From positions 22,382,001 to 22,446,000 of the forward strand of contig CM022677.1 of the NCBI GenBank assembly GCA_012295275.1: a stretch of 64,000 bases of DNA. Direction: 5' to 3'. The notes under the pieces are model-generated. The model did no database searches. It was not told the DNA's origin and worked only from the letters and a program-made list of their open reading frames with translations. Shown piece by piece: positions 38,731 through 54,000 of this stretch (the stretch's first letter is position 1; each line of letters starts with the position of its first letter). Source of the stretch: Chrysomallon squamiferum (lineage: Eukaryota > Animalia > Mollusca). A program made the position numbers and the translations under genes.

Positions 38731-38978
38731 TTTAAAATATCCTAAACATACTTTGACATTTTCCATTTTGACAGAATTATTTAAAATATCCTAAACATAC
38801 CTTGACATTTTCCATTTTGACAGAATTATTTAAAATATCCTAAACATACCTTGACATTTTCCATTTTGATAGAATTATTTAAAATATCCTAAACATACCT
38901 TGACATTTTCCATTTTGATAGAATTATTTAAAATATCCTAAACATACCTTGACATTTTCCATTTTGATAGAATTATTT
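38731..38978. repeat. 49-bp tandem repeat, 5 copies
   Basis: Unit ttaaaatatcctaaacataccttgacattttccattttga(c/t)agaattat. Confidence 0.95.
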
Positions 38979-39360
38979 TTCAAAATGGCTGACACCTACA
39001 CCGCGTCGTTCACGTCTGCCGAAGAGGGTGTGGTCATCACGTCACGTAAATAAAAACACAACAAAGCAGTAGAATATCTTTCATGCTCGAACAGTTTCAA
39101 ATTTCCTTCCCGTCGTGAATCACTCTCATCTTCATATAACGAAAGAAAAAAGAAAAGAAAACAGAAATCATTGTGTCTGGGAATTTCGCAATGTTGATTC
39201 AGTGGTAAGGTTTCATCGTCAGGCTTAAAAATTGCTTCAAGAATCACGTACACCTGTAGACACAAGTCTGTGGCGTGTTTAATAGATTTATAGGAATGTG
39301 GATTAACACACACAAAACAGAGAGAATGAATGAGAGGGGGAGAGGATACCTCTACTAGCT

Positions 39361-39401
<41 letters not shown>

Positions 39402-39509
39402 AAATACAAAGACACAAATAAATAAAACATAAATCGAGGTTTAGACATTTAACATTTAAATATTTACCAGTATCTTATGCGTTTGTTTCGTGTTTATTAT
39501 TAATTATTA

Positions 39510-39569
<60 letters not shown>

Positions 39570-39646
39570 AATATACAAGCAGCCACACCTAGAGTGAAAG
39601 GCTGGTATTTTATAAATAAATAAAGAAACAAATAAACAAATTAAAA

Positions 39647-39677
<31 letters not shown>

Positions 39678-40167
39678 ATAGATACAAAAATAAAAAAAAT
39701 AAAAAAGATTCAAGCAAGTAAATAAATAAATAAATAAATAAAAAATGTAAATAAATAAATATATAAATAAATAGACAGATAAATCAGTAGTTAGATCCTT
39801 AGATAAAAAAAAATTAAAATATTGAAAAAGCAAACAAAAAAACAACACGCAACATACGAACAAATAAATAACCAAATAAACCAATAAGCAAACAAATGAA
39901 TAAATTACTAAGTAAACAAACAAACAAACAAACAAACAAACAAATAAATAAATAAACAAAGGCGTTTGTGGTTAGAAGGGTGTTGTGTATTTATAAAATG
40001 AGCAAAACTAAAAAAAAAATATTAAAAAAATTAAAAAACGTCATTTGTGGTTACGTTGTCAAGTTTCACACCTAGTGTCGTGCTGTGTCACTCACGCGTG
40101 ACTGATCACCTCAATTGCGTTACTGTCCGCCCAACTCCTATTTCTAGTTAAACTTATTGTAATATTA

Positions 40168-40292
<125 letters not shown>

Positions 40293-40337
40293 CTCTCTCT
40301 CTCTCTCTCTCTGCATCTCTCTTCTCAGAGACATCTC

Positions 40338-40408
<71 letters not shown>

Positions 40409-40722
40409 CTGTGCACCTCTGTACTGAGACTTGTGTAAGTCAATACAATGAAGCTGGGTGTGTCGAGATAAAGAAAGTCGCGTGCTCGCTTTTGAGTGAT
40501 CCGGATCTGAATAAGTTCGTGTCACCTCGCGCATGACCACCTTTCAATAAAGAATATTATAAAATAGGATAGATTCTTCTACTTTTTTTTTTTTCTTTTA
40601 TTTTTTTTTTTTATCTTCTTTGATTTTATTTTGTGATTTTTGAATTAATTTTTTTTTTGATAATAAATTTCATTTTGTTCTTTTTCTAGTTATTTCCTAT
40701 AACTATTATTTGTTTATTATTA

Positions 40723-40771
<49 letters not shown>

Positions 40772-42434
40772 GTTGTTCAATAATGACGTTCATCCTTTCT
40801 CTGTTTGTTTAATGTTTGACATTGTGTCCCTTTCCTTTACTCGTCTTGCATCGAAATTCTAAAAATTTCATCTCTTTAAAAAAAAGAAAAAAAAAAAAGA
40901 ACAAGAAGCGAATGACTTTGTGTGTGTGCGTATGTGTGCGTATGTGTGTGTACGTGTGTGTCAGAGAGAGATAGATGTACAGGAACAGGAGCTAGATAGA
41001 TAGTTAATGAAATAAAACTAAATGGGCAAAACAAAAATAAATAAAAAACATAAGCAAACAAACAAACAAACAAACAAATAAATAAACAAACAAACAAACA
41101 AATAAATCAATAAATAAATAAATAATGAATACGTAGGATTAATCGTGTGTTTGTGTAGACTTAATTCTGTTTGCAAACTGCGCTGTGAGAACAGGTGGAA
41201 AATATCGTGATTCGAGTTTTCACTGCGCACGTCAATAACAAAATATTTTATTTTATTTCCTCCACTCCCATTAATATTATAATTTTCTTTCTTACAATTA
41301 TTTCTTTTTTTACTTCAATCATTTTTTTTTTTTTTTTTTACTTTTAATCCTTTGTTTTTCTGAATAAAAGTTTTTGAAGCGATAACGAAGTAAGAGAAAT
41401 TTGTGACCCATCCCGACAATAAAACTGACTGATTGGCTCTACGCCTTCATCACGCGCTGTCACTTCTGACAGCAGCTACGACAACGTTCAATCAAATGTG
41501 AAAGACCGTGCCTTCCAGTTCCGCTGTATTGATCATGCATGTCAAAAAATTACAAATAAAAAAACAAAAGTGAAATGAAATGATATCTGATGAATGTAGA
41601 TTATGTGAAAGCTTTGTTTTATTGTGCAGACGTCTCACCAAACAGAGGGCGCTGAAACTGACTCTGTATTACAGGGATACATGTAACTTGTAAAGGTACT
41701 TTCAGTTAATCAGTTAATTAATTACTAATTAGATTATTAATATAATAGTAATAATAATAATAATAATAATGTATTACTGCTTTGACAGTTTACGTATTAT
41801 TATTATTATCATCATCATCAACAACATCGCCGTCGTCATCAACATCATTACTCATATTATTATTGGTAGTAGTAGTCGTAGTAATAGTTGTAATAGCAGT
41901 AATAGTAGCAATAGTACTAGTAGCAGTGGTGGTAGTAGTAGTAGTGGAAGTAGTAGTAGTAGAACTTCTAGTAGTTCTGTATCATCATGTATGTTTATAT
42001 AAAAATTAATTATTTGTTCATTAATTTATTAATTTGTTTATTTGTTATTTTCGTTTATTTTCTTCTTTTCTTTCTATTTTTTTTTTTCCCCATCGTTTTA
42101 TTTTATTCTTTGGCATTTTTAAATTTTATTATTTATCTTAGTTTCGTTGTTATTTATGCTTACTAGTTTAATTTTATATTTCTCATTCTTTGCACATTTT
42201 ATTAGTAACAGCAGTAAATATAATTCAGTTTTCATTAAGAAAAAAACATGATTCTGAGAAAATTATTAAAAACTTGAAAGTAAAATTTTCTTAAAATGTC
42301 ACAAAAAGGTAAATTTAGTAATCCATATCATGTGTTGTTAATTTAACCTTTCCATTAAACTAAACATTTACTTTTTATTTCAATTAATTAATTAATCAGT
42401 TTATTTATTTATTTATTTACTTATTTATTTTATT

Positions 42435-42465
<31 letters not shown>

Positions 42466-42622
42466 TTTTATTTTATTTTATTTTATTTTTTCTTATATAT
42501 TCATAAACCACCTAAAAACTTTGTCTCTCACGCTATTCATACGATTAAATAAATAAAAGTAAAAATTATAAATAATTAAAAATCTATTACCAATATTCTT
42601 ATTGCATTATCGATAATTATAA

Positions 42623-42680
<58 letters not shown>

Positions 42681-43240
42681 AACTTCGAAAACTTCTTTTA
42701 ACTCAGAACATAAGAGTACACATAAATTATATTGTTAAAATATAACCATAGCGTCAAAGTCACGTCATTAAAATTTCTGTCAAGTTTAATTATTCCGAGT
42801 TTTTGACAGCAGACGACATTTACGTCAGTTTTCTTGATGAGAAAAATACTTAGAAAAACATTCGGGACATCTCGTATATTTTCGAGATTTGCCGCCAGCA
42901 ATTCAGTAGTCCTATTACTTCTGGCACTGCTACTGCCTTTACCACTACTACAACTACTACTACTACTACTACTACTATCTCCACTACTACATGGCCGCTA
43001 GTTTGAAATGAGGCAAATACACTTTATCAGCCCGCTCCGCTTGAACATGATCGCAATGATGTCGGTAGACTTAAAAAGTACCCGCAGACAAAAACAATTC
43101 AGTGGATATCGTTTCTATTGGAATAGAGATTTATATTTTATATTAGTTATATAAAATCTGTGTACTCACACAAGAAGAAAAAATCGTCAATTTCGGTATG
43201 AGGTATTTCTTCCATTTCCTTTAATGTAGTTACGACCATG

Positions 43241-43291
<51 letters not shown>

Positions 43292-43320
43292 CATTACCAT
43301 TACTACTACTACTACTACCA

Positions 43321-43374
<54 letters not shown>

Positions 43375-43786
43375 TTACCACTACCATTAATACTACTACT
43401 ACTACTACTACTAATAATAATAATAACAATAATAATTAACAACAACAATGAGAACATTAATAATAATAAAACTAATAATAACAATAACAATAAAACTGTA
43501 CAGATCAACTGGTAAGTAACATGTCTATATCAGGTGATTTGAAAACAATAAATAAATCTGCACTAATCCCAGATTACGATTTGAGTGTCAGTCTCAAGTT
43601 CACTGACCTCTCTCTGCGACTGCTATAAGTCACGTGACTGACAGGCAGGCACGTCTGATCAGTGTGATACATTTTATATCAGAAAGTATTGGTGGACATG
43701 TGTGTTAATGAGGCTTGTCTGTCACTCAAAATACACGGTTAAGTAATTATTATGTTTGTTTACTGAGGCAGAGTAACGCATTGTAA

Positions 43787-43886
<100 letters not shown>

Positions 43887-43961
43887 ATACTCTTTTTAAT
43901 TCAAATTCTTTTTATTCCTTTTTTTTCTTTCTGTTTATTTATTATTCTTTTTATTTTGTAG

Positions 43962-44537
43962 ATGCTAATATACCAGATCTATCTACTTTTGATAATTTTG
44001 TTAACGGTGAAAGGTAATTTTATATTATTATTTTTATCATCATCATGATCATCATCATTATTATTAAATCATCATCATCAGCAGCATTAGTTTTAGTTTG
44101 TTGTTTTGCTTTTACTGTCAGTGAAATTATTAAAGAAACAAGAATACACTCCTGCAATAAATAAAAAAATTAAAAAAAATAATAAATAAATAAATAAATA
44201 AACTAAAACATATTTTACAAACCTAAAAAAGAATGATTCTGTTTTATACATATTTTTATTAACATATTAATTATATGACCACTAGGCGTTACTGTTGGAT
44301 TATTTGACAACTGTACTTCCGACAGCGACTGTCCAGCACATGCGTCCTGCAGACCGAATGGATGCAAGGGAGTTAACTGTCTTTGTGAGGAGAACTACAT
44401 AGTCAGTGATGATTATCTCTCTTGTATTACCGGTACGTCAACATTTCGTATTTTAGAACAAACTCAAACTCGATTTTTATTTATTTATTTATTTACTTAT
44501 TTATTTATTTTTATTTTTTTTTATTATTTTTTATTTA

Positions 44538-44568
<31 letters not shown>

Positions 44569-44975
44569 TTTTTTTTATTTTTTTATTTATCTGTTTATTT
44601 TATTTTTTTTTTTTTATTTTATTTTTTTTTATTTATTTTTATTATTATTATTTACAACCTGAGGGAAGGAAAGAAAACAGGAAAACGTACATTCAACGTC
44701 AAATCAAGATGTTTGTGTTCTTTTTTGTTAATTTTATCATTTTCTTCTTGACGTGAAAAATAAGTAAATGCTGTATTCTCTGTCAGAATAGTATACTACA
44801 ATTAGTCTTATTATTAGAAGTAGTAGTATTACTATTATTATTATTATTATTATTACTACTATTATTTTTATTATTACTATTAGTTTTATTATTATTATGA
44901 TTATTATTACTATTATTATTATTATAATTATTATTATTATTACTATTAGTTTTATTATTATTATTATTATTATTA

Positions 44976-45012
<37 letters not shown>

Positions 45013-48000
45013 ACTGTTTTTGTTATCCTCATCAACAACGACAGCTGGACAGATAGGTGACGTCTGCAACTCGACAGTGAAGTGTGTTTCCATCATGGCT
45101 CAGTGTGACTCGATCACGCAGACCTGCGCGTGTCAGGTGTTTTTCCGCACGACGGACGTTCAGCCCAGCACGTGCACGTTCGCGGGAAAGAAAGTCGTGG
45201 GCGAACCGTGCCTGGACAAGAGCGAGTGCGCGGACTACAGAGCGGACTGCGTCAGTGCCGGCGGACCGAGCAAAGTCTGCGAATGCGGACGAGGATTTCG
45301 GAAGCTGACGAAGGAGGAATTCTGGGCGGACCCTGACACCGTCTACGAATGCATTGAAGAGGATTATTCTGCGTGTACGTAAACAACGTTAGAGTTTCTT
45401 TTGTTAAACTGAGTGGTATGTGCTGTCCTTTTCATAATAAACTATTATTTATCTTCAAAACGATTTCTCCTTTGATTTTCTTTTCATTTCCTTTTATCTT
45501 TATCCTTTACTCAGTCGTATATTATCCTTCTGTTTTTCTTCTTCTTCTTCTTCTTCTTCTTCTTCTATTTCTTCTTCTTCTTCTTCTTCTTCTTCCTACT
45601 CCCAAAACGAAAAGACGTACAACGTGCAGTACAATAGAGTCGCACAACAATCTTCAATTTACATTTAAATTTAACCTTCACAGAAAATAAAGTTTATTGA
45701 TATATATATATATACTATGATATTCTTGAATCATGAGATAAATACACAATGACGTAAGTGCACGTAACTCTAACCATGACTCTGTAGTGTGACTCACATT
45801 TCCTTCTGCCTTCTTTCAGACTTCTGCAACGGAAAGAGACTAAACTACACAGGTAACATTTAAACATGTAAATTACTCCCTATCGTTCGTTACTGCCGTT
45901 TACGTGACTATTTAAAAACTCTATTCCTCTGATTATTCATAACTTTTATTTTTGTGGCTACACATAACTCTTATTTCCACGGTTACAAATAACTCTTATT
46001 TGTCTGGTTACGCATAACTCTTATTTCATCAGTTACAAATAACTTTTATTTCGATGGTTACACATAACTTTTATTTCTACAGTTAAACATGACTTTTATT
46101 TTTATGGTTACCCATAACTCTTACATCTACGATTACATATAACACTTATTTCTCTGGTTACACATAACTCTTATTTTTCGTGTTACGGCATTCATTCAAG
46201 TGATAACTGACACAATTTACTATTCTTGTTACTAACAACATTTTCACTCTCCTTACTGAAAACGTTCGGTCCTCTGGTTCCACATAACGTTTATTCACGG
46301 ATTTAGGGTCAACTATTTTCATACGGTAACATCTCTGTTTACTAATAACTTTAATTTCATTGCTTCCTCTTTTCATTGAAACTACAAGCCACAACATTCC
46401 TTCTATTTCTTCACCGTTTCTCTTTTAGCAGTAAACGGTAAAACTTTCTACTTGTATCGATAAAACATTACATTTATACCCGTTTGTTTAACAGATTTCT
46501 ATTCCTCCAAATCCGTATCCTACAGATATCCTAATTAACAAAGCCTACGCTTACTTTTCAATCTCTCTATTCCACATCATACACGTTCTGCCAAATAGTA
46601 TGTTGCTTAATCTATACTTTCCAAACCCATTCTAAAATACATATTTCCTCATACAAATATTCAAACCAATATTCTTCAGGATTTAAAGAGCTCGGTGAAA
46701 CCTGTTTAGAAAAGACAGATTGCAAAAACAGTTCTGCTGAATGTCACAAGGGAGTTTGTTTTGTGTTAAAGGAGAATGGAGAAAACTGTACAGACAAAAG
46801 TGATTGTAAAACAGTTCTGCTGAATGTCACAAGGGAGTTTGTTTTGTGTTAAAGGAGAATGGAGAAAACTGTACAGAGAAAAGTGATTGTAAGGACAGTT
46901 CTGCTCAATGTCACAATGGAGTTTGTTTTGTGTTAAAGGAGAATGGAGAAAACTGTACAGACAAAAGTCATTGTAAAGACAGTTCTGCTGAATGTCACAA
47001 GGGAGTTTGTTTTGTGTTAAAGGAGAATGGAGAAAACTGTACAGACAAAAGTGATTGTAAAAACAGTTCTGCTGAATGTCACAAGGGAGTTTGTTTTGTG
47101 TTAAAGGAGAATGGAGAAAACTGTACAGAGAAAAGTGATTGTAAGGACAGTTCTGCTCAATGTCACAATGGAGTTTGTTTTGTGTTAAAGGAGAATGGAG
47201 AAAACTGTACAGACAAAAGTCATTGTAAAAACAGTTCTGCTGAATGTCACAAGGGAGTTTGTTTTGTGTTAAAGGAGAATGGAGAAAACTGTACAGACAA
47301 AAGTGATTGTAAAAACAGTTCTGCTGAATGTCACAAGGGAGTTTGTTTTGTGTTAAAGCAGAATGGAGAAAACTGTACAGACAAAAGTGACTGTAAAAAC
47401 AGTTCTGCTGATTGTCACAAGGGAGTTTGTTTTGTGTTAAAGGAGAATGCAGAAAACTGTACAGACAAAAGTGATTGTAAAAACAGTTCTGCTGAATGTC
47501 ACAAGGGAGTTTGTTTTGTGTTAAAGGAGAATGGAGAAAACTGCACAGACAAAAGTGATTGTAAAAACAGTTCTGCTGAATGTCACAAGGGAGTTTGTTT
47601 TGTGTTAAAGGAGAATGGAGAAAACTGCACAAAGAAAAGTGATTGTATAAACAGTTCTGCTGAATGTCACAAGGGAGTTTGTTTTGTGTTAAAGGAGAAT
47701 GGAGAAAACTGTACAGAAAAAAGTGATTGTAAAAACAGTTCTGCTGAATGTCACAAGGGAGTTTGTTTTGTGTTAAAGGAGAATGGAGAAAACTGTACAG
47801 ACAAAAGTGATTGTAAAGACAGTTCTGCTGAATGTCACAAGGGAGTTTGTTTTGTGTTAAAGGAGAATGGAGAAAACTGTACAGAGAAAAGTGATTGTAA
47901 AAACAGTTCTGCTGAATGTCACAAAGGGAGTTTGTTTTGTGTTAAAGGAGAATGGAGAAAACTGTACAGACAAAAGTGATTGTAAAAAACAGTTCTGCTG

Positions 48001-51000
48001 AATGTCACAAGGGAGTTTGTTTTGTGTTAAAGGAGAATGGAGAAAACTGTACAGACAAAAGTGATTGTAAAAACAGTTCTGCTGAATGTCACAAGGGAGT
48101 TTGTTTTGTGTTAAAGGAGAATGGAGAAAACTGTACAGACAAAAGTGATTGTAAAAACAGTTCTGCTGAATGTCACAAGGGAGTTTGTTTTGTGTTAAAG
48201 GAGAATGGAGAAAACTGTACAGAGAAAAGTGATTGTCAAAACAGTTCTGCTGAATGTCACAAGGGAGTTTGTTTTGTGTTAAAGGAGAATGGAGAAAACT
48301 GTACAGACAAAAGTGATTGTAAAGACAGTTCTGCTGAATGTCACAAGGGAGTTTGTTTTGTGTTAAAGGAGAATGGAGAAAACTGTACAGACAAAAGTGA
48401 TTGTAAAAACAGTTCTGCTGAATGTCACAAGGGAGTTTGTTTTGTGTTAAAGCAGAATGGAGAAAACTGCACAGAGAAAAGTGATTGTAAAAACAGTTCT
48501 GCTGAATGTCACAAGGGAGTTTGTTTTGTGTTAAAGCAGAATGGAGAAAACTGTACAGACAAAAGTGACTGTAAAAACAGTTCTGCTGATTGTCACAAGG
48601 GAGTTTGTTTTGTGTTAAAGGAGAATGGAGAAAACTGTACAGACAAAAGTGATTGTAAAGACAGTTCTGCTGAATGTCATAAGGGAGTTTGTTTTGTGTT
48701 GAAGGAGAATGGAGAAAACTGTACAGAGAAAAGTGATTGTATAAACAGTTCTGCTGAATGTCACAAGGGAGTTTGTTTTGTGTTAAAGGAGAATGGAGAA
48801 AACTGTACAGACAAAAGTGATTGTAAAGACAGTTCTGCTGAATGTCACAAGGGAGTTTGTTTTGTGTTAAAGGAGAATGGAGAAAACTGTACAGACAAAA
48901 GTGATTGTAAAGACAGTTCTGCTGAATGTCACAAGGGAGTTTGTTTTGTGTTAAAGGAGAATGGAGAAAACTGTACAGACAAAAGTGATTGTAAAAACAG
49001 TTCTGCTGAATGTCACAAGGGAGTTTGTTTTGTGTTAAAGCAGAATGGAGAAAACTGCACAGAGAAAAGTGATTGTAAAAACAGTTCTGCTGAATGTCAC
49101 AAGGGAGTTTGTTTTGTGTTAAAGGAGAATGGAGAAAACTGCACAGAGAAAAGTGATTGTATAAACAGTTCTGCTGAATGTCACAAGGGAGTTTGTTTTG
49201 TGTTAAAGGAGAATGGAGAAAACTGTACAGAGAAAAGTGATTGTAAAAACAGTTCTGCTGAATGTCACAAGGGAGTTTGTTTTGTGTTAAAGGAGAATGG
49301 AGAAAACTGTACAGAGAAAACTGATTGTAAAAACAGTTCTGCTGAATGTCACAAGGGAGTTTGTTTTGTGTTAAAGGAGAATGGAGAAAACTGTACAGAG
49401 AAAAGTGATTGTAAAAACAGTTCTGCTGAATGTCACAAGGGAGTTTGTTTTGTGTTAAAGGAGAATGGAGAAAACTGTACAGACAAAAGTGATTGTAAAA
49501 ACAGTTCTGCTGAATGTCACAAGGGAGTTTGTTTTGTGTTAAAGGAGAATGGAGAAAACTGTACAGAGAAAAGTGATTGTAAAAACAGTTCTGCTGAATG
49601 TCACAAGGGAGTTTGTTTTGTGTTAAAGGAGAATGGAGAAAACTGTACAGACAAAAGTGATTGTAAAAACAGTTCTGCTGAATGTCACAAGGGAGTTTGT
49701 TTTGTGTTAAAGGAGAATGGAGAAAACTGTACAGAGAAAAGTGATTGTAAGGACAGTTCTGCTGAATGTCACAATGGAGTTTGTTTTGTGTTAAAGGAGA
49801 ATGGAGAAAACTGTACAGACAAAAGTGATTGTAAAAACAGTTCTGCTGAATGTCACAAAGGGAGTTTGTTTTGTGTTAAAGCAGAATGGAGAAAACTGCA
49901 CAGAGAAAAGTGATTGTAAAAACAGTTCTGCTGAATGTCACAAGGGAGTTTGTTTTGTGTTAAAGGAGAATGGAGAAAACTGTACAGAGAAAAGTGATTG
50001 TAAAAACAGTTCTGCTGAATGTCACAAGGGAGTTTGTTTTGTGTTAAAGGAGAATGGAGAAAACTGTACAGACAAAAGTGATTGTAAAAACAGTTCTGCT
50101 GAATGTCACAAGGGAGTTTGTTTTGTGTTAAAGGAGAATGGAGAAAACTGTACAGAGAAAAGTGATTGTAAAAACAGTTCTGCTGAATGTCACAAGGGAG
50201 TTTGTTTTGTGTTAAAGGAGAATGGAGAAAACTGTACAGACAAAAGTGATTGTAAAAACAGTTCTGCTGAATGTCACAAGGGAGTTTGTTTTGTGTTAAA
50301 GGAGAATGGAGAAAACTGTACAGACAAAAGTGATTGTAAAAACAGTTCTGCTGAATGTCACAAAGGGAGTTTGTTTTGTGTTAAAGGAGAATGGAGAAAA
50401 CTGTACAGAGAAAAGTGATTGTAAAAACAGTTCTGCTGAATGTCACAATGGAGTTTGTTTTGTGTTAAAGGAGAATGGAGAAAACTGTACAGAGAAAAGT
50501 GATTGTAAAACAGTTCTGCTGAATGTCACAAGGGAGTTTGTTTTGTGTTAAAGGAGAATGGAGAAAACTGTACAGACAAAAGTGATTGTAAAAACAGTTC
50601 TGCTGAATGTCACAAGGGAGTTTGTTTTGTGTTAAAGGAGAATGGAGAAAACTGTACAGAGAAAAGTGATTGTAAAAAACAGTTCTGCTGAATGTCACAA
50701 GGGAGTTTGTTTTGTGTTAAAGGAGAATGGAGAAAACTGTACAGACAAAAGTGATTGTAAAAAACAGTTCTGCTGAATGTCACAAGGGAGTTTGTTTTGT
50801 GTTAAAGGAGAATGGAGAAAACTGTACAGAGAAAAGTGATTGTAAAAACAGTTCTGCTGAATGTCACAAGGGAGTTTGTTTTGTGTTAAAGGAGAATGGA
50901 GAAAACTGTACAGACAAAAGTGATTGTAAAAACAGTTCTGCTGAATGTCACAAGGGAGTTTGTTTTGTGTTAAAGGAGAATGGAGAAAACTGTACAGAGA

Positions 51001-54000
51001 AAAGTGATTGTAAAAACAGTTCTGCTGAATGTCACAAGGGAGTTTGTTTTGTGTTAAAGGAGAATGGAGAAAACTGTACAGAGAAAAGTGATTGTAAAAA
51101 CAGTTCTGCTGAATGTCACAATGGAGTTTGTTTTGTGTTAAAGGAGAATGGAGAAAACTGTACAGAAAAAAAGTGATTGTAAAAACAGTTCTGCTGAATG
51201 TCACAAGGGAGTTTGTTTTGTGTTAAAGGAGAATGGAGAAAACTGTACAGAGAAAAGTGATTGTAAAAACAGTTCTGCTGAATGTCACAAGGGAGTTTGT
51301 TTTGTGTTAAAGGAGAATGGAGAAAACTGTACAGACAAAAGTGATTGTAAAAAACAGTTCTGCTGAATGTCACAAGGGAGTTTGTTTTGTGTTAAAGGAG
51401 AATGGAGAAAACTGTACAGAGAAAAGTGATTGTAAAAAACAGTTCTGCTGAATGTCACAAGGGAGTTTGTTTTGTGTTAAAGGAGAATGGAGAAAACTGT
51501 ACAGACAAAAGTGATTGTAAAAACAGTTCTGCTGAATGTCACAAGGGAGTTTGTTTTTGTGTTAAAGGAGAATGGAGAAAACTGTACAGACAAAAGTGAT
51601 TGTAAAAACAGTTCTGCTGAATGTCACAAGGGAGTTTGTTTTGTGTTAAAGGAGAATGGAGAAAACTGTACAGAGAAAAGTGATTAAAAAAAACAGTTCT
51701 GCTGAATGTCACAAGGGAGTTTGTTTTGTGTTAAAGGAGAATGGAGAAAACTGTACAGAAAAAGTGATTGTAAAAACAGTTCTGCTGAATGTCACAAGGG
51801 AGTTTGTTTTGTGTTAAAGGAGAATGGAGAAAACTGTACAGACAAAAGTGATTGTAAAAACAGTTCTGCTGAATGTCACAAGGGAGTTTGTTTTGTGTTA
51901 AAGGAGAATGGAGAAACTGTACAGAGAAAAGTGATTGTAAAAACAGTTCTGCTGAATGTCACAAGGGAGTTTGTTTTGTGTTAAAGGAGAATGGAGAAAA
52001 CTGTACAGACAAAAGTGATTGTAAAAACAGTTCTGCTGAATGTCACAAGGGAGTTTGTTTTGTGTTAAAGGAGAATGGAGAAAACTGTACAGAGAAAAGT
52101 GATTGTAAAAACAGTTCTGCTGAATGTCACAAGGGAGTTTGTTTTGTGTTAAAGGAGAATGGAGAAAACTGTACAGACAAAAGTGATTGTAAAAACAGTT
52201 CTGCTGAATGTCACAAGGGAGTTTGTTTTGTGTTAAAGGAGAATGGAGAAAACTGTACAGAGAAAACTGATTGTAAAAACAGTTCTGCTGAATGTCACAA
52301 GGGAGTTTGTTTTGTGTTAAAGGAGAATGGAGAAAACTGTACAGAGAAAAGTGATTGTAAAAACAGTTCTGCTCAATGTCACAATGGAGTTTGTTTTGTG
52401 TTAAAGGAGAATGGAGAAAACTGTACAGACAAAAGTGATTGTAAAGACAGTTCTGCTGAATGTCACAAGGGAGTTTGTTTTGTGTTAAAGGAGAATGGAG
52501 AAAACTGTACAGAGAAAACTGATTGTAAAAACAGTTCTGCTGAATGTCACAAGGGAGTTTGTTTTGTGTTAAAGGAGAATGGAGAAAACTGTACAGACAA
52601 AAGTGATTGTAAAAACAGTTCTGCTGAATGTCACAAGGGAGTTTGTTTTGTGTTAAAGGAGAATGGGAAAACTGTACAGAGAAAAAGTGATTGTAAAAAC
52701 AGTTCTGCTGAATGTCACAATGGAGTTTGTTTTGTGTTAAAGGAGAATGGAGAAAACTGTACAGAGAAAAGTGATTGTAAAAACAGTTCTGCTGAATGTC
52801 ACAAGGGAGTTTGTTTTCTGTTAAAGGAGAATGGAGAAAACTGTACAGAGAAAAGTGATTGTAAGGACAGTTCTGCTGAATGTCACAATGGAGTTTGTTT
52901 TGTGTTAAAGGAGAATGGAGAAAACTGTACAGACAAAAGTGATTGTAAAAACAGTTCTGCTGAATGTCACAAGGGAGTTTGTTTTGTGTTAAAGGAGAAT
53001 GGAGAAAACTGTACAGACAAAAGTGATTGTAAAAACAGTTCTGCTGAATGTCACAAGGGAGTTTGTTTTGTGTTAAAAAAGGAAAAGAATGGAGAAAACT
53101 GTACAGAGAAAAGTGATTGTAAAAACAGTTCTGCTGAATGTCACAAGGGAGTTTGTTTTGTGTTAAAGGAGAATGGAGAAAACTGTACAGACAAAAGTGA
53201 TTGTAAAAACAGTTCTGCTGAATGTCACAAGGGAGTTTGTTTTGTGTTAAAGGAGAATGGAGAAAACTGTACAGACAAAAGTGATTGTAAAAACAGTTCT
53301 GCTGAATGTCACAAGGGAGTTTGTTTTGTGTTAAAGGAGAATGGAGAAAACTGTACAGAGAAAAGTGATTGTAAAAACAGTTCTGCTGAATGTCACAAGG
53401 GAGTTTGTTTTGTGTTAAAGGAGAATGGAGAAAACTGTACAGAGAAAAGTGATTGTAAAAACAGTTCTGCTGAATGTCACAAGGGAGTTTGTTTTGTGTT
53501 AAAGGAGAATGGAGAAAACTGTACAGACAAAAGTGATTGTAAAACAGTTCTGCTGAATGTCACAAGGGAGTTTGTTTTGTGTTAAAGGAGAATGGAGAAA
53601 ACTGTACAGACAAAAGTGATTGTAAAAACAGTTCTGCTGAATGTCACAAGGGAGTTTGTTTTGTGTTAAAGGAGAATGGAGAAAACTGCACAGAGAAAAG
53701 TGATTGTAAAAACAGTTCTGCTGAATGTCACAAGGGAGTTTGTTTTGTGTTAAAGGAGAATGGAGAAAACTGCACAGAGAAAAGTGATTGTAAAAACAGT
53801 TCTGCTGAATGTCACAAGGGAGTTTGTTTTTTTGTGTTAAAGGAGAATGGAGAAAACTGTACAGACAAAAGTGATTGTAAAAACAGTTCTGCTGAATGTC
53901 ACAATGGAGTTTGTTTTTGTGTTAAAGGAGAATGGAGAAAACTGTACAGAGAAAAGTGATTGTAAAAACAGTTCTGCTGAATGTGACAAGGGAGTTTGTT

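Noticed and set aside
38280-39620. Start codon or first exon of gene A
   Set aside because: The candidate donor near 39466 has no in-frame ATG upstream, and no supported start could be assigned.
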